The translations under genes were made by a program, and so were the position numbers. Shown here piece after piece: positions 29,697 to 38,601 of a DNA stretch of 64,000 nucleotides. Every line of letters begins with the position of its first letter. Positions within the stretch are counted from its first letter, which is position 1. Source of the stretch: an uncultured Bacilli bacterium (GTDB taxonomy: Bacteria; Bacillota_I; Bacilli_A; ML615J-28; CAG-313); contig CAKPAZ010000004.1 in assembly GCA_934133195.1 (NCBI GenBank), positions 3,564 through 67,563 of the forward strand, given 5' to 3'. The notes under the pieces are model-generated. The model had not been told where the DNA came from. It saw only the letters and a list, made by a program, of their open reading frames with translations, and did no database searches.

Positions 29697-30195
29697 ATAT
29701 AAAAATTATTATGAGAATTTACCAATCGGCTGGGTCAAATGTTGTTTATCAAATGTAGCTAAAATTATTATGGGACAATCTCCTAATGGTAATACTTATG
29801 GTAATATTGGAACTGAATTCCATCAAGGTAAAATGTTTTTTACTGATAGAATAATTGGAATTTCTAATGTCAAAACTTCAACTCCAATCAAAGTCACCTC
29901 AAAATATTCGCTAGTTATGTCAGTTAGAGCTCCTGTTGGAGATGTAAATTATTGTAATAGAGAAATATGCATAGGTCGTGGATTGTGTTCAATTGAATGT
30001 TTTGTACCAGAACTAACTGATTATCTTTATATTATATTGAAAGCAAATAGTAAGTTTTTTAAGGATAAATCGACTGGGACAACATTTAAAGCGATAAATA
30101 TGGATGTTATAGCATCATTACCAATATTACTTCCTCCATTGAATGAACAAAAAAGTATAGCAAGTAAAATTAATAAAATAAATATGTATTTATAG
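29697..30195 (+). pseudogene. Silent hsdS fragment (alternative C-terminal TRD) in direct orientation
   Basis: It begins with aaaaattattatgaga (the DKNYYE junction repeat). It encodes a TRD ending LLPPLNEQKSIASKINKINMYL, resembling the hsdS C-terminus. It lacks an upstream conserved region and start context. Confidence 0.5.
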
Positions 30196-30698
30196 AATCT
30201 ATTCTCTCACATATTCTTTTCTGTTCTTCTATAGGTGGTAAAAAAATAATTCGAGCCAAAATTTCTTTTCTATCTATTCCGGGTATTAAACTCTTTGCAT
30301 TAGCATTAAGTGAGGAGACAATTGTATTAAGATAGAGTATTAGAAATGAATTTAAAATATATGACTTAATAGACATAAATTGTCTAGCAATATGAATATC
30401 TCCAATACTATTTATAGCTATTTTTCCTATAGTTCCTTTGCATGAAAGCAATATTTCGTTTTTTCGTGAGTTTACATGTTTACAACTTGTATATCTATTT
30501 ATTATTATTTTGTTGTTTTCATCAATATTACTTGCACCAGTAATATATGGAATACCTATATTTTTATTCGAGTAATCATTTTGACTTAAATCTGTTCCTG
30601 ACGTTAGCGTAATTATTTGATGCATATAACACCTAATCCACCCCATATTCTCATAATAATTTTTATCATCACCTTGATAGATGTATGATTCATGCTTC

Positions 30699-30775
30699 TC
30701 ACGCTTAATTTTACCTTCTTTAATTAGTCTTTCTTTCTCTTGTTTTATTCGTTCAAGTAAGACTGAAGCAGGTTC
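30699..30775. repeat. IR-B, right (inverted) copy
   Basis: Exact reverse complement of 27541..27617. Confidence 0.85.
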
Positions 30776-31438
30776 GTCATTAGGATCTTGTTTTACTAAT
30801 TTTCCTTCAATTGCGTATTGAAGAATAGATTTCTTTAGTTTATCTGGAAATTCTGATTCAAGAATAGATAATTTATTTTCAATATTATCATAATGTTGAA
30901 TTAAAGGTTCAAACAAATTAATTTTTTTGACAATTCTTTTTTGTTCATTTAGTGGTGGAAGTGGAAATAAATAATCTCCAACTGTAGATAGACTTAAGAA
31001 AATTTGATTTGTTGTTCCGTTTGCTGATTTCTCTATATTAGTTCGATTCAAAAATAAAAATTTATATAACATAACTGAAGTAATTTCGTCAAATAAACGA
31101 AATACAAACAAATGTCCATCGGTTAAAACATCTGTTCTGTCTAATTGATATAAACCGCATCTACCCAATGTCCCATGACCTAAGGTATTTAATAAAACAT
31201 CATATTTTCTTAAATAATAATATTCTGGCATATTTATCACAAATTCATCAGTGCAATATTTAGCAAGTTTAAAATCTATTTCAATTCCACTATTTGCTGC
31301 TTGTCCAATAGCTATATTATTTGTAATCTCTTTTGAGTATTTTGGAGATTTTCCGCTATAAATCAATTTACATAAATTTTTTAACCTAATCCAAACCCAA
31401 TTATTTGGAATATCAAAAGGTAAATCTTCTAACTTTAC

Positions 31439-31471
31439 AGGATCATTATTACCTATCTTCTCATAATAACA
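31439..31471. repeat. IR-A, right (inverted) copy
   Basis: Exact reverse complement of 26860..26892. Confidence 0.8.
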
Positions 31472-31663
31472 ATTATAAAATCATATAGAAATGAAGGTAT
31501 ATAATCTAATATGTTAAAAATTAAATCTAATTAAAACGTATAAAATTAAAATAATATACATATACTATTATATACAATTTTTTTAAGCGTAACAAAATGT
31601 TACGATTTCAAGTTTTTTTCTTGACTTAAACAGTAAATTTTGATATAATGAGGTGAAAAAATA

Positions 31664-33043
31664 ATGAAAAGGGAAAAAATTATGAAAAATTTAATAATTA
31701 AATTAGAAAGCATTAGAATGGTTAATTTTAAAAATATTGCTAAGAGTGAAATATCTTTTTCAGATAAAGGCAAAATATTAAATACTATAGGTATATATGG
31801 ACAAAATGGGAGTGGCAAGACATCTGTTGTTGAATCTATAAATATTTTAAAATCGTTATTAATGGACATACCATTTCAAAAAGATTTATATTATTATATT
31901 AATATAGGATCCAATGAGTTAGCATTAGATTATAAATTTATACTTATTAAAGAAAAAGAAAAATATACCGTTAAATATTCTGTAAAATTTGAAAAAAAAA
32001 TAAAAATTGATACTGAAAAAAATATTGATGAGAAAAAAACGGTTCTATCAAAGGAAAAAATCGAAATATTCGATACAACTGAAAATTTATTAGCATATAT
32101 AGAGTTTAAAAATGAGGAAAAAAAAATTTCATGTAATTATGCAGATCATAATTTTGAAAACTATGACGGTATTATAACAAAAGATATTGCTATTGCAACT
32201 TCGCATGTTTCCAAACAATTATCAAAAACAATGATTTTTCAGCAAATGTTTAGGGATAATATAAGAAAAAGTGTACTTTTAAAATCCGTTTTAAACGCAA
32301 TGCATTTTTATGCTACTACTAATTTGTTTGTGATAGGAATGAAGGAAACTAGTTTGATCTCTGCAATTGATAATTTACCATTAAATATTCGTACATCTGG
32401 TAATGAAGATTTGATTACCTCTGGAACTATACCTTTGAATTTATTTGGCCCATCTATTATCCCTGGCGTTATTTTGAATACTATTACGCCTGAACTTGAC
32501 CAAATCAATATAGTAATGGGGCAATTAATTCCTGGAATAAAAATTGGTTACAAAAAAATTAGTGAAGGATTAGACAAAAATGGTAATATAATAGTAACGA
32601 TTCAATTAGTTTCAATTATAGGAGATTTGCAAATTCCTTTAAAGTACGAATCAGAAGGTGTAAAAAAATTAATAGCCCTATGTAGTGTTTTAATTGGAAT
32701 GTACAATAATGAGTCTGTATGTCTAGTAGTTGATGAATTAGATTCTGGAATTTTTGAATATTTGTTAGGTGAACTAGTTAAAATTATCCATGAAGATGCT
32801 AAGGGACAGTTAATCTTTACATCACATAATTTGAGATTACTTGAAGTTTTACCTAAGCAGTGCATCATATTCTCTACCACTAATCCAAAAAAACGATTTA
32901 TTAAAATGGCTAATGTAAAACCAAACCATAATTTAAGAGATTTTTATTATAGAACTATTCTTTTAGGAGGACAAAAAGAAGAATTATATGATGAAACAGA
33001 CGAATTAGAAATAGAAAGAGCATTAAGGAAATGTCAAATTTAA
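31664..33043 (+). CDS. AbiLi/RloA-like AAA ATPase (AAA_21/ABC-type)
   Basis: Walker A GIYGQNGSGKTS, Walker B LVVDELDSGI, and H-loop FTSHN. RBS gaggtg. 13-nt overlap with the next gene. Confidence 0.7.
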   Translation: MKREKIMKNLIIKLESIRMVNFKNIAKSEISFSDKGKILNTIGIYGQNGSGKTSVVESINILKSLLMDIPFQKDLYYYINIGSNELALDYKFILIKEKEKYTVKYSVKFEKKIKIDTEKNIDEKKTVLSKEKIEIFDTTENLLAYIEFKNEEKKISCNYADHNFENYDGIITKDIAIATSHVSKQLSKTMIFQQMFRDNIRKSVLLKSVLNAMHFYATTNLFVIGMKETSLISAIDNLPLNIRTSGNEDLITSGTIPLNLFGPSIIPGVILNTITPELDQINIVMGQLIPGIKIGYKKISEGLDKNGNIIVTIQLVSIIGDLQIPLKYESEGVKKLIALCSVLIGMYNNESVCLVVDELDSGIFEYLLGELVKIIHEDAKGQLIFTSHNLRLLEVLPKQCIIFSTTNPKKRFIKMANVKPNHNLRDFYYRTILLGGQKEELYDETDELEIERALRKCQI

Positions 33044-33759
33044 ATAGGAAAAGTTTAATTCTGTTTATAGTTGAAGGCAAAAGTGATAAAGTATATTTAT
33101 CTCCTATCAAAAAAATGGTAGAGCGTCGATCCAATAGTAAAATTAAATTTAAGGTTATGTATGGTGATATATTAACAAATTTCGATACTGATCCTAATTA
33201 TATTGAAAACGAAGTTGCAATGGTAATACAAGAATATTTGGAATTGTTTGGACTTGAACTTGAAGACATTAAACAAGTTGTTCATATAGTTGACTTAGAT
33301 GGTTGTTTTGTTAATTCAAAAAAAATTATAAATGATAAATCTTTAGAAAAAGGTCATACAATTTATTATAGAGATAAAATTGCAAATTTTAATAGACAAA
33401 ATATTATAAAAAGAAATCAAAAAAAGGTTAGTTGTTTAGAAGTTTTACATAAATTAAATAAAATTAATTATGGAACTAAGGGAATGATTCCATACAGGAT
33501 ATATTATTTTTCAACAAACATAGATGATTATTTTTTTAACAATCAAAACTGCTCTAATGAGCAAAAAATAAATAATTCCGACTTAATACATGATAAATAT
33601 ATTGACAATCCTGAAGAATATAGACATATGATTGAAAGTAATTCTTGCGTGCCTGGCTCCTATGATGAAACATGGGAGTATATAAAAATAGAAAATAATT
33701 CATTAAGTAGATGCACAAATTTTAACAAATTTTTTATTGAGATTATTGATAAAATTTAA
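33031..33759 (+). CDS. AbiLii/RloB-like protein (OLD-type TOPRIM-like)
   Basis: N-terminal LILFIVEGKSDKVYL matches the RloB-family motif (iIvcEGekTEpnYf). About 240 aa. Coupled to the upstream ATPase. Confidence 0.6.
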   Translation: MSNLNRKSLILFIVEGKSDKVYLSPIKKMVERRSNSKIKFKVMYGDILTNFDTDPNYIENEVAMVIQEYLELFGLELEDIKQVVHIVDLDGCFVNSKKIINDKSLEKGHTIYYRDKIANFNRQNIIKRNQKKVSCLEVLHKLNKINYGTKGMIPYRIYYFSTNIDDYFFNNQNCSNEQKINNSDLIHDKYIDNPEEYRHMIESNSCVPGSYDETWEYIKIENNSLSRCTNFNKFFIEIIDKI

Positions 33760-33834
33760 AACTTTTAAAAATTAATACGTAAAAGTTTTAAATAAATTTA
33801 GCATTTTTTTGAATATGGTATAAAGTTATATATT

Positions 33835-34482
33835 ATGGGGAAATATTATAAAAGTTTAAAAAAAGTTAATTCTGAAATAATGAAATTAAGGATTAACAAT
33901 CTTTCAAAAGAAGAACATAAAAAGTATAAAATAAATAAATTTTTTAATATTCTTGCTGGAAGTATGTTTTTGGTAGAATGGTGTTTAATTCCATTCCTTA
34001 TGTTATTTCTACCAAAAGCATGTAAAGAACAAGTAGGATTAACGAAGTTTTTATATATTATTTTTATAATACTTGCTTTTGCATTGTTAATTTTTAATCT
34101 TATGTTAATTGACCGTTTTATTCCTTGTCCTAACATTACTAAACTTGATCCATCAATGTTTTCTGAGGTCAATAGAAGAAGATTTAAGAAATACGGAATA
34201 ACTGATAATTACATTATTACTAAATGCTATGATTCAACTAATCCAAAACTTATCAATAAGGATGTAATTATTTGCATTAATGAAAATAAACTAAAAATAA
34301 TCAACAATCTCTATCGTTCAATTTATGATTTTGGTTGTTATGAATTTGACTTAGATGAGATTAAATATGAAAATATAAAAGATGAAGGTTTAGTAAAAAC
34401 TAAAATTATAACTGATAAGATAACTTTTGTTTTAGGTCATAGAGCTAAAACATTCATCAAGAAGAATCAAAAATCAGATTAG
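33835..34482 (+). CDS. Hypothetical membrane protein
   Basis: ORF with two TM helices. No motif. Confidence 0.35.
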   Translation: MGKYYKSLKKVNSEIMKLRINNLSKEEHKKYKINKFFNILAGSMFLVEWCLIPFLMLFLPKACKEQVGLTKFLYIIFIILAFALLIFNLMLIDRFIPCPNITKLDPSMFSEVNRRRFKKYGITDNYIITKCYDSTNPKLINKDVIICINENKLKIINNLYRSIYDFGCYEFDLDEIKYENIKDEGLVKTKIITDKITFVLGHRAKTFIKKNQKSD

Positions 34483-34529
34483 AGTTAATCTGATTTTTTG
34501 TCATGCCTTAATAATAAAAAGCATAAACA

Positions 34530-34559
34530 TTGACAACCGACCGTTCGGTAGGTATAATA
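34530..34559 (+). promoter_or_regulatory. Sigma-A promoter with an embedded palindromic operator (probable TetR autoregulation site)
   Basis: TTGACA, then ACCGA-CCGT-TCGGT inverted repeat in the spacer, then TATAAT. About 27 nt upstream of the TetR gene. Confidence 0.5.
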
Positions 34560-34586
34560 TTATGGACTTAATTTTGGAGGAAGTTT

Positions 34587-35204
34587 ATGAAAAAAGGAAA
34601 CACCAAACAAGAAATACTACTAGCAGCCCTTGATTTGTTTTCTGTAAAAGGATATGAAGGAACATCAATTTCCGAAATTGCTCAGAAAGTTGGAATTAAG
34701 AAAGCTACCATGTATAGTCATTTTACAAGCAAACAAGAAATCTTAGATGAACTTGTTAGAACAGTATTTGAAGAGTATAACAAACACACTATCTTTAAGA
34801 ATACTAATTTTGAAAAGATGTTTGTTCTAGATTCAACTGATGTAATTGATGTGAATATTGTTATTGAAAAAGTCTTAAAGCATGTAAGCTACATTATACA
34901 TAGTAGTGTGATTAGTAAATCACGTAAAATGCTTTTGATTGAACAGTTTCAAAATGAAACTTTAAGTGAACTACAAACTAAACAAAACTATACTGATGTT
35001 TTGAATTATTTTACCTCACTTTTTGAGTATTTAATATCTAAAGATAAACTTAAAGATTATGACCCTGAAATCATGGCCGCAAGTTTTGCTTTTCCAATTT
35101 CGGTGTGGATTAACTTAGTTGATAGATGCCCAGAAAAAGAAGAGGAAGTAAAATCATTAATAACTCGTCATATTACTCAATTTTTCAAGGTATATTCAAA
35201 ATAA
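34587..35204 (+). CDS. TetR/AcrR family transcriptional regulator
   Basis: N-terminal HTH QEILLAALDLFSVKGYEGTSISEIAQKVGIKKATMYSHF. Confidence 0.8.
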   Translation: MKKGNTKQEILLAALDLFSVKGYEGTSISEIAQKVGIKKATMYSHFTSKQEILDELVRTVFEEYNKHTIFKNTNFEKMFVLDSTDVIDVNIVIEKVLKHVSYIIHSSVISKSRKMLLIEQFQNETLSELQTKQNYTDVLNYFTSLFEYLISKDKLKDYDPEIMAASFAFPISVWINLVDRCPEKEEEVKSLITRHITQFFKVYSK

Positions 35205-35216
35205 GGAATAAACTAA

Positions 35217-35855
35217 ATGGAAAATAATAAATTATTTGAAAGAGTTAAAATTATCATTGTCTTAATTATAAGTCTAATCTTAATGGCAGTCCTTGTTAGT
35301 TTTGTGATTTACCTTTTATCACAGACTCCTCCTAAATCAAGGGATTTAATCAATAATAATGAATTAGAATCATATCTTATTGAAAAGAACAATAACTATT
35401 TTGATTATCAAGAAAATAACGATTGTGCATCTTTCGCAACTTCTTACCTTCTTAGACATTTTGGTGAAAATCTTCAAGCAAGTGATATAAGAAAGAAGAT
35501 CAAAAGAACCTTTGGTTATGTTTTTCCTTCAGCTATCACTAATTTCTTTAAGGAAAAAGGTTATGAGGCAACTTCCTACTCTGGTAATCTTCATACCTTA
35601 AAGCATGAACTAACTAAAGGAAATCCAGTAATTGTTTTAATCAACATTGAAAATGACACCCACTACGCGGTGGTAGTAGGATATGATCAAAAAAGCATCT
35701 ACTTAGTTGATTCTCTAAAAGAAAATGTTAATGTTGATAATCCTAACTATAACCGGATGCTAACGGAAGAAGAATTTAAGGAAGTTTGGGATACCAACAT
35801 GCTTTTATCAAGTAATATTTATATCGTTATTAAAGATAGAAAGGAACAAAAATAA
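35217..35855 (+). CDS. Membrane-anchored papain-like cysteine peptidase domain protein (Peptidase_C39_2-like)
   Basis: N-terminal TM anchor. NDCASFATSYLL (Cys) ... GNPVIVLINIENDTHYAVVVGYD (His). Confidence 0.5.
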   Translation: MENNKLFERVKIIIVLIISLILMAVLVSFVIYLLSQTPPKSRDLINNNELESYLIEKNNNYFDYQENNDCASFATSYLLRHFGENLQASDIRKKIKRTFGYVFPSAITNFFKEKGYEATSYSGNLHTLKHELTKGNPVIVLINIENDTHYAVVVGYDQKSIYLVDSLKENVNVDNPNYNRMLTEEEFKEVWDTNMLLSSNIYIVIKDRKEQK

Positions 35856-36424
35856 TGAAATCATTAGAAAAAATTCAAAAAATATTTAAGGCTATTTTAA
35901 AAATTGTTGAAGTCTTTACCATCTTATCAATAATAGGAGCTGCGATTTATGGACTTTTCGCATTCATTGCTTTAAGTGAACAATATGGTGGAAAAGTATT
36001 TTCCATCTTTGGTGAGGAAATTATCATCTTTAAAGATGAACCTAACCTCATCGTAAAGTTTAATGAATTAATGTCTTCATCACTTATCTTAATTGGTGAC
36101 ATCATTCTTTTAGTATTTGCTTCAAGATATTTAAAAACAGAACTAGAAGAAGGTACGCCATTTGGGGAAAATGGACCAGAAAAATTAAAAAAATTAGGAA
36201 TTCGCTGTATCTATATTCCAATTATTGCATTTACGATTGCTGAAATAATTGTGTTAATTACTTTAGGGGAAGATAATAATTTTATGATTGAAAGTTCATT
36301 TAGTGTAATTACTGGTATTGTCTTAATCATTGTTTCCTTTATTTTTAAATATGGAAAAGAACTAGAAACAAAAGTTAAAAAAGTAGAAACTCCTGATTCT
36401 ATAGATTCAAATGAGGAAAAATAA
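35855..36424 (+). CDS. Hypothetical polytopic membrane protein
   Basis: Four hydrophobic helices. The start overlaps the upstream stop (ATGA). Confidence 0.4.
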   Translation: MKSLEKIQKIFKAILKIVEVFTILSIIGAAIYGLFAFIALSEQYGGKVFSIFGEEIIIFKDEPNLIVKFNELMSSSLILIGDIILLVFASRYLKTELEEGTPFGENGPEKLKKLGIRCIYIPIIAFTIAEIIVLITLGEDNNFMIESSFSVITGIVLIIVSFIFKYGKELETKVKKVETPDSIDSNEEK

Positions 36425-36925
36425 ATGAATGTCAAGTTTAAACATCAAGGTATGATGGTCTTTATTGGATATTCTACCTCTATAAATAAAGATGAAGGAA
36501 CCATAAAATGTCCTATCATCTGGGAAGAATTTAACCAAAGATTTAAAGATATCTTAAATCATCAACCGCCAAAGAATGAATTAGAACAAGCTGTTTTTGA
36601 TTATGGGATTGGCACCTATGGCATTTGTATTGATTCTAGTGATCACTTTGACTACTGGATTTGTGGGAGGTATGAAGGAGGAAGTATTCCTCAAGGATTA
36701 AAGTTAATCACTTTTTTAGAAAGTGATTGGGCTATCTTTGAAACTAAAGGTAAACTTCCTGATTCTATTCAAAGTTTAACCAGTCAAATCCTTAATGATT
36801 GGTTTAAAAATGAAGGGAAAAATCATTTACCAAAAAAGATTGCAATGATAGAAGTATATCCATCACTTGATATGGATAGTGATGAGTATGAATCTAAAAT
36901 TTTAGTTCCTATTATAAATAAATAA
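36425..36925 (+). CDS. GyrI-like/AraC effector-binding-domain-like small protein (tentative)
   Basis: About 166 aa with a GyrI-like size and pattern (MMVFIGYS...WEEF...DYWICGRYEGG...WAIFE). Weak. Confidence 0.3.
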   Translation: MNVKFKHQGMMVFIGYSTSINKDEGTIKCPIIWEEFNQRFKDILNHQPPKNELEQAVFDYGIGTYGICIDSSDHFDYWICGRYEGGSIPQGLKLITFLESDWAIFETKGKLPDSIQSLTSQILNDWFKNEGKNHLPKKIAMIEVYPSLDMDSDEYESKILVPIINK

Positions 36926-37088
36926 CACTTATATATAATAAGGAAAGAAGATATTTCTTTGATAAATGGTTACTAAAAAATAAAACTCTTCGTTTGCTTT
37001 TTTCTTCAAAATTTGGTAAAATAAATAAGAAGATAAAAGATAGGCCAATTGTATTTTTAATACATTAGATATAATCAATGAGCAACTA

Positions 37089-37127
37089 AAAGTGTAAGTC
37101 CAATTGAAATGGGCTTACACTTTTTTT
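37089..37127 (+). terminator. Rho-independent terminator
   Basis: aaagtgtaagtcc-aattgaaat-gggcttacacttt followed by TTTTT. Confidence 0.6.
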
Positions 37128-37146
37128 GTCTTGGAAAGGAATAAAC

Positions 37147-38520
37147 ATGAATGAAACTAAAACAAACAAACTAGAAACCGTTAAAATTAAAAAACTAATG
37201 TGGCAAATCGGCCTTCCCATGATTGTATCAATGGTCTTACAAGCCTTATACAACGTTGTTGACAGCGTTTTTGTAACCAATATGAAAGATACTGGTGTTC
37301 TCGCAAACGAAGCCTTAACCTATGCTTTTCCGGTTCAGATTTTAATTATTGCGATTGGCGTAGGGACCGGGATTGGTTTAAATGCCTTACTATCTAAAAA
37401 CTTAGGAGAGAAAAATCAAGAGGCAGTAAATAAGGTTGCGGGAAACGGGATTTTCTTAAGTATCATTATTTACTTGATCTTTCTTATTTTTGGCCTTTTT
37501 GGTTCTCGCCCTTTCATTTCGCTTTTTACCAAAAATGAAGAAGTACTAGAAATGGGAACAAGCTATCTTATGATTTGTACGACCCTTTCTTTTGGTGCCA
37601 TAGGCTTTTCCATCTATGAAAGACTCCTTCAAGCAACCGGTAAATCCATGTATTCAACGATTGCACAAATTGTTGGTGCCTTAACTAACATTATCTTTGA
37701 CTATGTCTTTATTTTCCCTTTAAAGATGGGAGTAAAAGGAGCAGCGCTTGCGACGGTCTTAGGTCAAGTGGTATCACTTATTCTTGCGATGATTTTTCAC
37801 TACCTTCAAAATAAAGAAATAAATGGTAACATTATTCATATCAAACCCGATTTAAAGATCATTAAAGCTATCTATAAAATTGGTCTTTCCGCAACCCTCA
37901 TGCAAGGAATGTTATCCTTGATGATGGCCGGAATGAATAAAATCTTAAGCCTTGCGGGAGTAGATTCTAGTATTTTAGTTGGTGCCTTTGGCATCTACTA
38001 TAAAATTCAACAAGTAGCCTTATTTTCTTGCTTTGGTTTATCTAATACCATTATTACGATTTTATCCTTTAACTATGGAATGAAAGAAAAAAATAGATCA
38101 ATGGAAACCATTAAATATGGTATTATTGATACCTTAATTGTATCTTTGATTATCACAATTATTTTTGAACTTACCTCAAAATACTTAGTATTACTCTTTT
38201 CTCTTGGTAATACCAATACAGAATTAATCAAAGTATGTGAAAATGCTATTCACATTGCTTCGCTTTCTTACATCTTTATGGGCTTTAATGTTGCCATTCA
38301 AGGTGTCTTTCAAGCTTTAAGGTATGCTTTAAGACCGCTTTTTACCGCGTTCCTTCGCTTAATTTTCTTTACATTTATCTTTGCTTTGGTTTTTGTGAAG
38401 ACAGGTAATGTTACAACTAATGTTTGGTGGACTTTCTTAATTAGTGAAGTTCTAACCTCCATTGTATCTTTCTTTTATTTAAAAAATACGATTAAAACGA
38501 AAATTAGTCCTCTAGAATAG
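37147..38520 (+). CDS. MATE family efflux transporter
   Basis: ATG 37147 after aaggaataaac. Twelve TM helices. Typical MATE N-terminus (LPMIVSMVLQALYNVVDSVFV). Confidence 0.8.
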   Translation: MNETKTNKLETVKIKKLMWQIGLPMIVSMVLQALYNVVDSVFVTNMKDTGVLANEALTYAFPVQILIIAIGVGTGIGLNALLSKNLGEKNQEAVNKVAGNGIFLSIIIYLIFLIFGLFGSRPFISLFTKNEEVLEMGTSYLMICTTLSFGAIGFSIYERLLQATGKSMYSTIAQIVGALTNIIFDYVFIFPLKMGVKGAALATVLGQVVSLILAMIFHYLQNKEINGNIIHIKPDLKIIKAIYKIGLSATLMQGMLSLMMAGMNKILSLAGVDSSILVGAFGIYYKIQQVALFSCFGLSNTIITILSFNYGMKEKNRSMETIKYGIIDTLIVSLIITIIFELTSKYLVLLFSLGNTNTELIKVCENAIHIASLSYIFMGFNVAIQGVFQALRYALRPLFTAFLRLIFFTFIFALVFVKTGNVTTNVWWTFLISEVLTSIVSFFYLKNTIKTKISPLE

Positions 38521-38601
38521 TTATTTTTCAAGCAAACTTAAATTCAAAATTTCAATTTTTTGGTATAATGTTCTAAACTATTTGGTTAGAAAGGAATAAC
38601 T

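Larger units (their letters stand above)
30170..31475 (-). pseudogene. Silent alternative hsdS cassette (TRD1'-central repeat-TRD2') in inverted orientation
   Basis: The frame is continuous from NCYYEKIGNNDPVKLEDLPFDIPNNWVWIRLKN through the central KLKKSILQYAIEGKLVKQDPNDEPASVLLERIKQEKERLIKEGKIKR to a C-terminal LPPIEEQKRICERIDSINTYLFY. It lacks the first roughly 75 codons and has no start or promoter. It carries the inverted copies of IR-A and IR-B. Confidence 0.6.

Noticed and set aside
29770-30195. Treating ORF 29770..30195 and 28462..28794 as independent expressed small proteins
   Set aside because: Both are TRD fragments homologous to hsdS with no promoter or RBS context. They are better explained as silent shufflon cassettes.
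31600-31869. Minus-strand ORF 31600..31869 overlapping the start of the AbiLi gene
   Set aside because: It is antisense to a well-supported ATPase gene and has a hydrophobic low-complexity translation. It is spurious.
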